From positions 800,001-864,000 of the forward strand of contig CBDAOY010000009.1 of assembly GCA_965198225.1 (NCBI GenBank): a DNA stretch of 64,000 bases. Direction: 5' to 3'. The position numbers and the translations under genes were made by a program. Below, one piece after another: positions 29,924 through 40,188 of this stretch. The notes beneath the pieces are model-generated. The model saw only the letters and a list, made by a program, of their open reading frames with translations. It was not told the DNA's origin and made no database searches. The stretch's first letter is position 1. Every line of letters starts with the position of its first letter. This stretch comes from Terriglobia bacterium (GTDB taxonomy: Bacteria > Acidobacteriota > Terriglobia > 20CM-2-55-15).

Positions 29924-31710
29924 GTTCCTTTGAAGGATTGGCTCGAATACCGGCAGGATAGTCTCCATTCGGCAATCTTTTGGCACGCACGCAAACTGCG
30001 CAATGTAGTCTTCGCAATGTAGTCTTCCAGGGCCCGCTTCAGGAGGGTATGTTCGCCGCGCTTTTCCCTCTTGGCGCCGGCTGCCAGTGACTCGCCACGG
30101 AACCGCATGGCCTCGGCAACGTACTGTCTGGCCTCTTCATCCCGCAATGTTTCGTCCGGACTCATGATCCTGCAGAGAGCCAGTGCGATGTAGGCCTTCG
30201 AGAGATCATCGAGAGCCTCCGTGTACGTTGGTTTCTGAGACAGCGCAAGCCGGTAATACCGGATCGAACGACGTAGTCGCTTGATTGCGCGTCGAGAGTG
30301 GGTATGTCTCGCATACACCACCTCTACGTTCCCAAGGTTGTCATACGCATGCTGATACGACGGGTCACTACGGATCGACTTCTTGATGTATCTTCGGGCG
30401 CTCCGCAGATCGGCGTAGGCAGCCGCAGAGTCAGTGGTCTTTGCCGCTCGATTCAGGTAAAGGTACCCCAGGTTGTTATACGCCACGGTGAACTCCCGAT
30501 TAAGCCTGGTCGCTTCCACGTAGAGTTCGATGGCACGATTTTCGTACGCGAGTCGCTCTCGTTCGTTGTCTGCCAGGTCGGCACGATTCTCTGCCTGCAC
30601 TTGGTTGGCGTAGGCGAGGGCTTTCACGACCGACGCCCGGGCTCGAGCCGGCGCAAACCGTCGGTGGATGCGCGCCCCAAGCGACCGTATCCTTGCGACA
30701 AACTTCCCTATCACGACCGGCGCCTCCGCCCCGAACTCGGTCTCGTACGCCCGTTGGGCACAGTGAAGCGCCTGCACGAGGGTGTCGTCGTTTCCTTGCT
30801 TGTGGCGTTGCCGCTCCTGACAAAACGCGTTGGCCAGCCCGCCGAACGCCTGTGCCCTGAGGGCCACGTCCGCTGACTGGCACTTCACCGCTGCCTGGAA
30901 AGCGGAGATTGCGGCCCTATTGGCCTTGGGCTCGTACTGTGTATAGAGAATGACTGCCTTGTTGAACAGCGATGCCGCGTTCGACGGGTCCTCTTCGAGT
31001 ACCTGATCGTATTGATCGATCGCGGCATTCGCCTGGTCCCGAGCCCGTCCGGTCTCCCAGGTGAGGTGACGCTCCAGCGCTTCGGTGAAGTCCGCGAAGC
31101 TCTCGGTGGACCTGAAGGTTTCGACGCCGGCCAGGTTGAGAAACACCTCGTGCGCAAACAGTCTAACGTAGCTGGGATACCGTTCGGGATTGTGAACGGG
31201 CCGGTCGAAAGACACCATGATGATCGGCCGCACACCGATCCACGGCTTGCGTGCGTTCTCGACGGCGATTTGTAACCGCAGCCTGCTCCCGAACCGATGA
31301 ATGCTTCCCCGCACGGTCGCCGCGGGCGCAAACAGTGGCAAAACACCGATGGCTTTGACGAACCATCCGGGACCGCCGAGTCGTTCCAGGTGACGAATCG
31401 CGGTGGGAAGTCCGTCGCTACTTCGCTCGAGAAAAGGAAGCTTCACGCGATCGTTCCAGAGCCCGGGATTCCGGTAAGCGGCCTCGTGGATCTTTCGCAC
31501 GCGCTCGATCTCGGCTACAAATATTTCGGACAGGCTCGCGCCGATGTCGAGGTTGTGATCGGTGGAGAGGTTTTCCCACGGCAGGAAGTACAGGCGGCGT
31601 CGAACGTGCCATCCAAACCATCCACCCACGAGGACGAGCAGACCAGCGAACGGCCAGGCTGGAATCGCCTGGATCACCTCGATCACTTCGACAAAACTTG
31701 ACACCGGCAA
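29920..31710 (-). CDS. Membrane-anchored tetratricopeptide-repeat protein
   Basis: N-terminal TM helix; TPR-like motifs AASLFNKAVI, VAYNNLGYLY, HAYDNLGNV. Confidence 0.7.
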   Translation of the reverse strand: MPVSSFVEVIEVIQAIPAWPFAGLLVLVGGWFGWHVRRRLYFLPWENLSTDHNLDIGASLSEIFVAEIERVRKIHEAAYRNPGLWNDRVKLPFLERSSDGLPTAIRHLERLGGPGWFVKAIGVLPLFAPAATVRGSIHRFGSRLRLQIAVENARKPWIGVRPIIMVSFDRPVHNPERYPSYVRLFAHEVFLNLAGVETFRSTESFADFTEALERHLTWETGRARDQANAAIDQYDQVLEEDPSNAASLFNKAVILYTQYEPKANRAAISAFQAAVKCQSADVALRAQAFGGLANAFCQERQRHKQGNDDTLVQALHCAQRAYETEFGAEAPVVIGKFVARIRSLGARIHRRFAPARARASVVKALAYANQVQAENRADLADNERERLAYENRAIELYVEATRLNREFTVAYNNLGYLYLNRAAKTTDSAAAYADLRSARRYIKKSIRSDPSYQHAYDNLGNVEVVYARHTHSRRAIKRLRRSIRYYRLALSQKPTYTEALDDLSKAYIALALCRIMSPDETLRDEEARQYVAEAMRFRGESLAAGAKREKRGEHTLLKRALEDYIAKTTLRSLRACQKIAEWRLSCRYSSQSFKGT

Positions 31711-31847
31711 TGATACCTCGCTCCGTCTCTTGTTACTCGACCACCCTTTCGACTTCCGCTGGCAATGCCCTGCTCTTGGACACGTTACCGCCCGTGACGT
31801 GGCAGCCGCGAATCAGCCCGAGCCGCGAATCATGGCTGTCGGCCGCG

Positions 31848-31958
31848 AAGGATGACGGTGCCTTGCAGGTGCGAGCCGGGCGCCTTATGGAACTCGGCCA
31901 TTCCACGGGCGCCAATCTGATCGACGATCTCGGTTGGGCCGAAGCGTATCCCCGGTCT
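31848..31958 (-). pseudogene. Degenerate N-terminus of a Ser/Thr kinase
   Basis: RPGIRFGPTEIVDQIGARGMAEFHKAPGSHLQGTV parallels [34 protein letters not shown] of the intact kinase at 12286. Confidence 0.55.
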
Positions 31959-32180
31959 GGTCGTGGTTGAAGTTCGTAACAAAAGCTGCTTGGTATCATA
32001 TAGAAGGCATTTAATGGCGGTCAAAGGATATGGCTCGAAGGGGGAACCGCCTCCAAAAACAACGCGGATTCTTTTGCTCTGCTTCCGGAGAGGAGGCCAC
32101 GCTGAACCGTATTCTCAGGTAGGCTCACGGGGACCCAAACGCAGGCGTCAAAGCAACGACCTCACAATGCTACATCCGGG

Positions 32181-33033
32181 TCAAAGCGAATCTATTTGTT
32201 GAGCCAGGTCCGGCCAGGTGCCGTCGAGTAAGGTCTGGATCGGCCCAAGGACTCGTTCCGGAGCTTCGATCCAGGGCGCATGAGCGACATTGTCGAGGGC
32301 CAGAAGCCGGGCATTCGGAAGCGGCATCGCCCATTCCCTCGCACCACCGTACGGCGAGCTCCGATCCTTCGTGCCATGGACTATCAGGACCGGCATGTTC
32401 ACCTGGGCAAGTTCCTCTGCCGTTGGGCTGGCACTTTGGATCGAAGGAAAGAAGATCGCAGCGATCCCAACGGATCTTGCTGGCATGTTCCGGGCTGGCG
32501 AGATAAATCACTCGAAGCAGCGACCAAAACCTACTACAGAATTCCTGTGGGCGCAGCGATTGACGTTCCTGCTGGAGTTGGGTCGCTTTCACAAGAAAGT
32601 CCTGGAGGGTCCGGTCGGCACCGGACAGATGCGCCGGGTAGTGCGTGCTTTCGTTCGGCTTCATGGCACCGATTTGAACGACGTGGTTTACGTGAGCACG
32701 GTGTTTTCCGGCATAAAGGGCCGCCGTCTTTCCCGCGTAAGAGTGTGCGAGCAAATCAACCTGATTGGCGCCGAAATGCCGACGAACCGCTTCTACGTCA
32801 TCAAGGTCGTTGTGGATGCCTCTCCTTAGCTTTGACCTTTCGGTGAGGAAATTCGAGCGGCCGCGATTACGCAAGTCGCGAAAAATGATCGTCCGCCCCT
32901 CCCCGAGATACTTGAAGTCAGCGAACAGATAAAACCCGTTGAGGACAATCAGCGTCCTCGAGCCATCCCCTACTTTCTGAAAGAAGAAACGAACTCCACT
33001 TTCGACCGTAACGAATCCTTCAGTTGCGAACAC
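32181..33033 (-). pseudogene. Alpha/beta hydrolase, frameshifted
   Basis: N-part (AHSYAG nucleophile) and C-part (PVLIVHGTKD...AHAPW) are in different frames, switching near 32455. Confidence 0.8.
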
Positions 33034-33359
33034 ATTCCACTCCCGTCAGAAGAAATCTCTTTCCAAGACTGTAGGAAGTTTTTTAGAAGAACAGTACCTG
33101 CCAACTCCGAGATTCGTTCTTCATGTTCTGGGGTCCGCGTTTGTGGATAAGCAGGCGGGCAAGATTCCCGGTACAACTACGCCCACTTCCGAGGGTACTG
33201 ATTAGTCTCAGCCAGTCGCCATGGACCCTCTGGGCAATCGCCAGCGCGTTTATCGGGGATGGATCCTCACTTGTCGCCAAGTGGCCAGTAATGAGCGGCT
33301 CCGGGGAACGGTAGTCCGCTGCGCCGTGACGGAGGACGAGTGTTCTGCGGATGGTGTGT

Positions 33360-34144
33360 TCAGATTGCCAGACCGCCGTCGACCTGGATGACCTGCCCGG
33401 TAATATAGGCGGCTTCTTCAGACAGGAGGATCGGTGCCTCCCAGAAACCTCTGGAAAGGCTGCCGCGAAGGCCGCACAGAAATCAAAGGTTGCGATCCGG
33501 GCGACTTCCGAGACCTGTCCGAACCGGCCCAGGGGGATCTGCTCGAGCGCTTTGTCCCGGTAGTCCTGGCGCAGGGCCGCGGTCATGTCGGTCTCGATCA
33601 ACCCCAGGGCAAGGGCGTTGACGGTGATGTTGGCTTTGGCTACTTCCTTCGCCAGGGCTTTGGTGAAGCCGATCATACCCGCCTTCGAAGCGGAGTAGTT
33701 GGCCTGACCGGGCATCCCGGTCAGGCCGCTTATCGAGGAAATATTGAGGATCGTGCCGGACCGTTGCTTCAACATTGCCGCGACAGCGGGCTTCGTGAAG
33801 TTGTAGACGCCTTTCAGGTTGGTGTCCATCACCGCATCCCAGTCGGCCTCGCTCATCCGCACCAGCAACCTGTCGCGCGTGATGCCGGCGTTGTTGACCA
33901 GAATGTCGATCCTTCCGAACCTGGACCGGATCTCTTTGACTGTTTCGGCGGCACGCGCGCTGTCGGCCGCGTCTGCTTCGAAAGCGACGATCCTGTCGCC
34001 GTCGGCAATCTCATCGGCGAGCGTCTTGTTGTGGGCGTAGGTGAACGCAACTTGAGCACCCGCGTCTGCGATGGCTTCGACGATGGAGCGCCCGATGCCG
34101 CGCGTTCCACCGGTCACGATGGCAACTTTACCGGATAACGACAT
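33360..34144 (-). pseudogene. fabG: FabG/PhaB-like short-chain reductase disrupted by a 56-bp insertion
   Basis: TGGTRGIG, NNAGITRD, YSASK. Removing 33431-33486 restores ...IATFLLSEEAAYITGQVIQVDGGLAI* (242 aa). Confidence 0.85.
33431..33486. repeat. 56-bp REP-like double-hairpin insertion
   Basis: tcggtgcctcccagaaacctctggaaaggctgccgcgaaggccgcacagaaatcaa, foreign to the reading frame; no clear target duplication. Confidence 0.75.
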
Positions 34145-34164
34145 GGCAGGATTGTAGCAGACCG

Positions 34165-34563
34165 TTAGAGGGCGAGGACTCTGGCCGTTGTGTCGATCAG
34201 CTTCTGGCGGGAAAATGGCTTGGCGATGAAATCGGAGGCGCCGAGTCGCTCACCGAGTCCGCTGGAGTCGACATCCGAGTATGCCGAGATGATGACGAAA
34301 CGGACGTTGGGTTTTCGGTCCTTGAGGTCGGACAACAGGTCGAGTCCAGTCTTGCCCGGCATACGAAGATCGCTGATGACGAGATCAAAGTCGGTCTCGG
34401 TCGCCAGATCCAGGGCCTGTATTCCATCTCCGACGATTTCGACGCGGTAGCCCGCCCTTTCGAGCACTCTCTGGATCGCACTCCGGCTGGAGGGGTCGTC
34501 GTCGGCCACGAGTATGCTTGGCGTGTGATTCTTCACGTCGTCTTCGTGCATGGATTCATCCAT
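34165..34563 (-). CDS. Single-domain response regulator (receiver)
   Basis: LVADDD, DLVISDLRMP, SAY, KPF. Confidence 0.9.
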   Translation of the reverse strand: MDESMHEDDVKNHTPSILVADDDPSSRSAIQRVLERAGYRVEIVGDGIQALDLATETDFDLVISDLRMPGKTGLDLLSDLKDRKPNVRFVIISAYSDVDSSGLGERLGASDFIAKPFSRQKLIDTTARVLAL

Positions 34564-35433
34564 TCAGAAACGTAGGGTCAGGATCGGCGAACCTGACTTC
34601 TCCAGGACCTTTTCGGTATTGCTGCCGACGAGGTGTTTCTGCAGGCGGCCGTGCTCGTGGACGCCGAGCACGATCACATCGGCACGAGTTTCCTCTGCTA
34701 CCCGCGTGATGGCCGCGCTGGGCGATCCCACTTCAACGATCCTGTGGACGTCCGGGTCGGCGATGAATTGGTCGGGCGTCATGTTGACCAACTGGTTCGA
34801 TGCCCATTCGCGCATGCGCTCGACGGCGTTGGAGAAATGAGCCTGCCGGATGGCGAACTCGACGGCCTTCGTCATTTCGATCACGTAGAGCACGTGGAGC
34901 GTTGCACCCAGCGATTGCCTCAGCGCGAACGCGTAGTCGACCACCTTCTGGGATCGGGGAGAGAAGTCTGTCGCCACGAGGATCCGCTGGATCCTTCCGC
35001 TCTTATCCCCGTTCGGTTCGGCGACTGGTATCGCGAATACCGGTTGCGTGCCTTCCTCGATGACCTTCGAGGTGACCGTCCCGCCCGCAGGCCCCATCAC
35101 TATCAGATCGACCATCTCCAGTTCGGCGGCGGCCCGGATTTCGGGCGCCGGTTTGCCCTTCGAGATGAGCTTTCGGAGTCGGAGTCCCTGTACCCGGTCT
35201 TGCGGGACGATCCTCTGCATCTCCGTGTCCACGTACACGTCGAGGTGTTTCTGCAGTTCGTGGAGGTCAAAGATCGTCGTCCAGTGCGGCATACGCTCGA
35301 AATAGTCACTGACGACGTGCTGGACGATGATCTCCCCCTCATGGAGGTCGGCCAGCCGCAGAGCGTGTGCCAGAGCGCAACTGGCCCCAGGCGAAAAATC
35401 CGTCGGAAACAGGATTGTCTTGAATAGCGACAA
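34564..35433 (-). CDS. Tandem-domain universal stress protein
   Basis: Two USP domains (ILFPTDFS; ILVATDFS...GSNTEKV); probable TTG start at 35433. Confidence 0.9.
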   Translation of the reverse strand: MSLFKTILFPTDFSPGASCALAHALRLADLHEGEIIVQHVVSDYFERMPHWTTIFDLHELQKHLDVYVDTEMQRIVPQDRVQGLRLRKLISKGKPAPEIRAAAELEMVDLIVMGPAGGTVTSKVIEEGTQPVFAIPVAEPNGDKSGRIQRILVATDFSPRSQKVVDYAFALRQSLGATLHVLYVIEMTKAVEFAIRQAHFSNAVERMREWASNQLVNMTPDQFIADPDVHRIVEVGSPSAAITRVAEETRADVIVLGVHEHGRLQKHLVGSNTEKVLEKSGSPILTLRF

Positions 35434-35651
35434 CGTTTCGACTCCCGGCCCTCCGGGGCCCTCTGGGTTGAATACCGGAGTGCACGTGAGATGCCCACCA
35501 GCTAACTCACACCTGTTATTAGGCTTAGATTTCCGGGAGCCGCATCCTCGAGTGAGGGTTCTTGCAAAGTTGGCAAAATACCCCATACCCGCCGATCCTC
35601 CAACGTCCGTTTTGACAATCCGGGGACAGGCGGTGCTGTTGCTAGTGATCG

Positions 35652-35832
35652 AGTGAGAAGTGACGAGTGACAAGTCGGAACAGAAGTCTTGAGGCAGATT
35701 TAATTGTCTGGTAGTCAGCAGTCAGGTCGGGACGACAGGCTGTCGTCTACTAGCTCTTGAGTGTTCTTATCTTACTCGTCACTTGTCACTTCCCCGATGA
35801 CGGCCTACGGATAACGGCCTACGACCTACGGC
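35652..35832. repeat. Short tandem heptamer repeats in inverted arrangement
   Basis: agtgaga-agtgacg-agtgaca (35652-) vs actcgtc-acttgtc-actt (35774-); acggcct-like units at about 35800-35832. Confidence 0.55.
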
Positions 35833-37088
35833 CCCAGCCCCAGCTGCCGCACTATCTCTGGATCCTGCTCCTCGATCGCCAACATTTCGTGGCACGCGAA
35901 GCAGTCCTGGTCGATGGTTTCACCCGCTTCGGTCTGGTGAAGGTAGTCGTGGCATCGGAAGCATCCCGGGTAGGCCTCATGACCGATGTTGTCCGGGTAC
36001 GTTCCCCAGGTGATGTTAAGTTCCGGGAACACATTCGCCTCCCGAATCTCCGCAATCACATCACTGCCCGAAGGGAAATCCCCGCCGCTGTCGATAGCCC
36101 GGAGAGCGTCCCGCTTCGCGAAAGGCGTCGAGACGTCGATCCGACCTTCCGCCATCACTCGGTCCAGCGCCTGTTCGGGCAGCTCGAACCGGTGGGCCGC
36201 CCGGTTGTGGCAGTCCAGACAATCCATCTTTTGAGGTAGGGCATCGGGGACATCTCCGGAGACGTACTCCCTTCCCTCCAGCGACACCCAGGGGATCACC
36301 CGACGCGTGTTGTCTTCGGGTATGTAGAGAATGTTCCTGCCGACGTGCGCCCGATGGATGGCGGAATCGATGCGCATAAGAAGGAGCGTGATCGTCGGTG
36401 TGTTCTTCTCGTCGTCCGAGTAGTGGCGGATGAGCCGGAGCTGGTCACCCTGCGTCTGCCCCCTCCAGTGGCAGTTGTCGCAGGCCGCTGCTACCGGTGC
36501 TCGATTCGCTTCGGTGATTCGCATCGGACGTTGGTAGGAATCAAACGTGACGCCGAGAAGCCGCGTCGTACCGGAAACCTTGGCCTGGATGAATGAACCG
36601 GGTCCCGGGCCGACATGGCACTGAACGCAGGCCACCTCGGCGTGTGGGGACTCCTTATGGGCCTCGTAGTGCGGCGTCATGACCGCGTGGCACACCGTAC
36701 CGCAGAACTCATCTGAGTCCAGGTACTCGAGGCCTTCGTATGTGGCCGCCGACATCAGGGCGATGTTGACGAGAGTCGCTGCCAGGATAACGCCGGCGAG
36801 GCGACCCACGCGCCCCGCGTCCCACCGGGATGATTCGATCGCTGCGCGGTATCCACCAAGCTGTCGGGACCGGAGAAGAAGCCCGAGAGGGATCAGCGAC
36901 AGGCCGATCATGAACAGCGTCGGGACAACCAGGAATATGAGCAGACCGTAGTACGGATTCGTGAAGGCCTGAAAGCCAAGCCCGAGAAAGACCATGGCTG
37001 AAGCGCTCGTAAGGACGACACCGAACGTTGCGAGCCAGTGGCAGAAGAACAGCCCGAGGAGGTTCTGGTAGACAGTTCGTTCAGACAT
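35826..37088 (-). CDS. NapC/NirT-family membrane multiheme cytochrome c (6 heme motifs)
   Basis: 3 N-terminal TM helices; FCGTVCH (CX3CH), CVQCH, CDNCH, CLDCH, CFRCH, CFACH. Confidence 0.88.
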   Translation of the reverse strand: MSERTVYQNLLGLFFCHWLATFGVVLTSASAMVFLGLGFQAFTNPYYGLLIFLVVPTLFMIGLSLIPLGLLLRSRQLGGYRAAIESSRWDAGRVGRLAGVILAATLVNIALMSAATYEGLEYLDSDEFCGTVCHAVMTPHYEAHKESPHAEVACVQCHVGPGPGSFIQAKVSGTTRLLGVTFDSYQRPMRITEANRAPVAAACDNCHWRGQTQGDQLRLIRHYSDDEKNTPTITLLLMRIDSAIHRAHVGRNILYIPEDNTRRVIPWVSLEGREYVSGDVPDALPQKMDCLDCHNRAAHRFELPEQALDRVMAEGRIDVSTPFAKRDALRAIDSGGDFPSGSDVIAEIREANVFPELNITWGTYPDNIGHEAYPGCFRCHDYLHQTEAGETIDQDCFACHEMLAIEEQDPEIVRQLGLGP

Positions 37089-37104
37089 TGAAGGTCAGGG
37101 ACTT

Positions 37105-37318
37105 GTAGGTGCGGTCTATGACCGCACACTGTCGCGGAAGCGATTCTCTGTGCGCTCTATCAAACTGTGAACGACTGCGATGCTCAAGTGTAGGTGCGCT
37201 CTATGAGCGCACAAATGACCGCGGAACCACAAGTTGTGCGGTCATAGACCGCACCTACACGTGAAAAGCCCCGCCACTCGATTCTCCTACACAAGCGATT
37301 GAGTCCAAGCAAGTTCTC
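37105..37318. repeat. GTAG-family REP/REPIN cluster 1
   Basis: gtaggtgcggtctatgaccgcac (37105), gtaggtgcgctctatgagcgcac (37190), inverted copy at 37236-37258. Confidence 0.85.
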
Positions 37319-37330
37319 GCGTGTTAAACC

Positions 37331-38746
37331 CTAGTCGCCCGGTCCTTCGGCTACGACTTCAGGATCCGGGAGTTCCTGCTTCTGACGATCTCCCTGCTCC
37401 CGGCGTTCCAGGTGGCGATAGATGGTCCGGGTCGCGATACCGAGCAGCCGTGCCGCCATGTTCTTGTCTCCGCGAGTGTGCTGCAGCGTGATGTCGATGG
37501 CCTGCCTCTCGAGTTCTCGAATCGGTGTTCCGACTTTGAAGGTGAGGGAATGTTGGGTCTCCGCGAACGCTGAAACGTTGTGAGGCAACACCGACAGGGG
37601 AACTCGCTCGCCGTTGGTGAACACGACCGCCCTCTCGATGGCGTTTTCCAACTCGCGGACGTTGCCCGGCCAATCGTAAGAGGTCAATGCGAGCAGCGCG
37701 TCTTCTGAGAAGCCTTCGATGTATTTCTGGTTCTTATCGGAATACATCTTCAGGAAGTGCATCGCCAGCAGCGGGATGTCTTCTTTCCGGGCCCGAAGCG
37801 GCGGAACGTCCAGGCGGATCACGTTGAGCCTGTAAAAGAGGTCCTCCCTGAAGAGGTGATCTTCGACTTCCTTCTGGAGATCCTTGTTCGTTGCCGCAAT
37901 GATGCGGACGTCCGTATCGATCGTTCTGGTGCCTCCCAGGCGTTCGATCTTGCCGTCCTGGAGAACTCGCAGCAGTTTCACCTGGACCGCCGGCGTTACT
38001 TCCCCGATCTCGTCCAGGAAGAGCGTTCCTCCGTTGGCGAGCTCAAAGCGACCGTCCTTTCGGGCGTGAGCACCGGTAAAGGCGCCCTTCTCGTGCCCGA
38101 AGAGCTCGTCTTCCAGCAGGGTTTCCGGCAGGGCCGCGCAACTGACCTTGACCAGGGGTTTGTCGCAGCGCGGCGACGCGCCATGTATCGCGTCGGCGAC
38201 CACTTCTTTACCCGTTCCGCTGTCTCCGGTGATGAGAACCGTTGCCGTGCTCGGTGCCACCTGCTCGACCATGGGCGAGATCCTGCGCATCTCAGCGCTC
38301 CCGAATATCATTTTTCGTGACGCTTGCTGGGTGAGCTGAGATCGTAATTCTTTGTTCTCGCGGGAGAGGAACTGCTTCTCGGCGGCCTTCTCGACGAGAT
38401 GCTGCAGCTGGGCCTTTTTGATCGGCTTGGTGATGAAATCGTAGGCGCCCTCTTTGATCGCCTCGACGGCGACTTCGACGGTGCCGTAGCCCGTAATGAG
38501 GATGACTTCGACTTCGGGATAGGCGGCCTTGGTCCGCTTCAACAGTTCGACGCCATCGATGACCGGCAGGCGAAGGTCGGTGACCATGATGTCGACTTTC
38601 TTTCCCATAACATGGTCGAGCGCGTCTTGCCCATTGTCGGCTTCAAGCGTTTCGTATCCTTCGTTTTGAAGGATGCGAAACATCGCCTTGCGGTTTTCGA
38701 GGTCGTCTTCGACGACGAGTACGGTCGGTGACTTACGAATATTCAT
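37331..38746 (-). CDS. Sigma54-dependent response regulator (NtrC/AtoC family)
   Basis: Receiver, GDSGTGKE, GAFTGA, FLDEIG, WPGNVREL, Fis-type HTH. Confidence 0.95.
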   Translation of the reverse strand: MNIRKSPTVLVVEDDLENRKAMFRILQNEGYETLEADNGQDALDHVMGKKVDIMVTDLRLPVIDGVELLKRTKAAYPEVEVILITGYGTVEVAVEAIKEGAYDFITKPIKKAQLQHLVEKAAEKQFLSRENKELRSQLTQQASRKMIFGSAEMRRISPMVEQVAPSTATVLITGDSGTGKEVVADAIHGASPRCDKPLVKVSCAALPETLLEDELFGHEKGAFTGAHARKDGRFELANGGTLFLDEIGEVTPAVQVKLLRVLQDGKIERLGGTRTIDTDVRIIAATNKDLQKEVEDHLFREDLFYRLNVIRLDVPPLRARKEDIPLLAMHFLKMYSDKNQKYIEGFSEDALLALTSYDWPGNVRELENAIERAVVFTNGERVPLSVLPHNVSAFAETQHSLTFKVGTPIRELERQAIDITLQHTRGDKNMAARLLGIATRTIYRHLERREQGDRQKQELPDPEVVAEGPGD

Positions 38747-39882
38747 AATGGTAGATAGATCGAGAAGGTGGAGCCTTTTCCGGGTTGGCTCTCCACCTGG
38801 ATATGTCCATTGTGCTCGAACACGATTTGCTGGGTCGTCGCCAGCCCGAGGCCGGTTCCGTTGGCCTTGGTTGTAAAGAAGGGATCAAACAGCGTCGCCT
38901 GGACTTCCTGGGAAATTCCCCGGCCGTCGTCTTTCACGCGGATTGCCAGGAATCGGTCGATCACATCAGTCTCGACTCGGACCTCCCCGCTGCCGTCAAT
39001 CGCTTCCATGGCGTTTCGGACAAGGTTGTCCAGCGCCTGCCGGATAAGCCGATTGTCGAACCATATCTCCGGGCTGGGCGTTGTAAGACCCGTTAAGAGC
39101 CGGACGCCGTTAGGGGCGGCGAAGCTTTCCGAGAGCTCCGTTATGACATCGTCGATTCGGCCCTTCGTAGGATGGGGCTTGGGGAACCTCGAAAACTGGA
39201 GATACTCGCCCACGATACCGTTGAGGCGGTCCAACTCGCGAAGCACCGACCGGATCAGATTCGGCGCGTCGCCGTTTGTTTCGTTGACCTCGTCCTCGAT
39301 CATTTCCACGTTGAGAGAGATCGAGCTGAGTGGATTCCTCACCTCGTGGGCAATCTGGGATGCGAACTTGCCGATCGTGGCAAGACGCTCGCTCTGGACC
39401 AGGCGTTCTTCCATCGTTCGGAGATCGGCGCAGTCGCGGAAGACCTGCACCATCCGGTCCTCGCCCTCACTCGGGACGGGCGACATCGAGACCTGGACGA
39501 GTTTCTTCGTCCCGTTCGTGCTCTTCATCAATGCGGGACGCTCCCGGAGACGGCCCACACTGCGTGCTACACCGACGAGCTCATCGCATGCGGTCGGAAG
39601 GGCGTAGAAGTCCCGGGCCGGTTTGCCCCTTAACTCCATCGTCGGGGAGCCCAGGATTTGTTCGGCGGCCGGGTTGCAGTCGAGGATGACGCCCTCTTCG
39701 GAGACGACCATCATTCCCTCGTGCTGGCAACTCATACACTGGGAAACCTGGGTCAGGGATTCTTGCCTCGCGGCATCGCTCTCCACGAGCTGCATTCGTC
39801 TCTTTAAGCTGGATAGCTGTACGAACGCCACTACGGCCAGAGACGAAGCCAGGAGCGTCGATGCGATAAGCAGCCCAGTCAC
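38743..39882 (-). CDS. PAS-domain sensor histidine kinase
   Basis: TM anchor, PAS, AHEVRNPL H-box, N box, DDGRG, FFTTK..GTGLGL; ATGA overlap with the regulator. Confidence 0.93.
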   Translation of the reverse strand: MTGLLIASTLLASSLAVVAFVQLSSLKRRMQLVESDAARQESLTQVSQCMSCQHEGMMVVSEEGVILDCNPAAEQILGSPTMELRGKPARDFYALPTACDELVGVARSVGRLRERPALMKSTNGTKKLVQVSMSPVPSEGEDRMVQVFRDCADLRTMEERLVQSERLATIGKFASQIAHEVRNPLSSISLNVEMIEDEVNETNGDAPNLIRSVLRELDRLNGIVGEYLQFSRFPKPHPTKGRIDDVITELSESFAAPNGVRLLTGLTTPSPEIWFDNRLIRQALDNLVRNAMEAIDGSGEVRVETDVIDRFLAIRVKDDGRGISQEVQATLFDPFFTTKANGTGLGLATTQQIVFEHNGHIQVESQPGKGSTFSIYLPL

Positions 39883-39907
39883 TATAATTTCTCCAAACGG
39901 CTCAATG

Positions 39908-39922
39908 GCAATTTCCGTGCCA
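39908..39922 (-). promoter_or_regulatory. Sigma54 -24/-12 promoter
   Basis: Minus strand TGGCACG-GAAA-TTGC, matching the consensus, 26 bp upstream of the kinase start; RBS GGAGA follows. Confidence 0.8.
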
Positions 39923-40188
39923 AATTGTCAGTAGAATGCGATCCATTAGCATTTTGTCACAACCACAAGGGATCTTCGTCCGCTATGGCACACGAAGAAA
40001 CCGTGCATGGCCACGGATTTGTGTCCGGGCGGGGTTTTTGATGCCGAATTGGCGTTCGAGGCGGGTTGCCCCAGAAAAACGACGACAGAGTGGCACAAAT
40101 GGACGGAACAAGCCGGCGACGACTTCAAAAAACGTCAAGAATCGCGCCCAAACGGGTCCAGCAGCTACTGCGGGCCGGCCTTTTCGCC

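Noticed and set aside
33083-33359. C-terminal extension of the 353-aa FabG ORF
   Set aside because: Frameshift read-through from the 56-bp insert. A faint HATPase-like stretch (LAIAQRVHG…STLGSG) is too weak to call.
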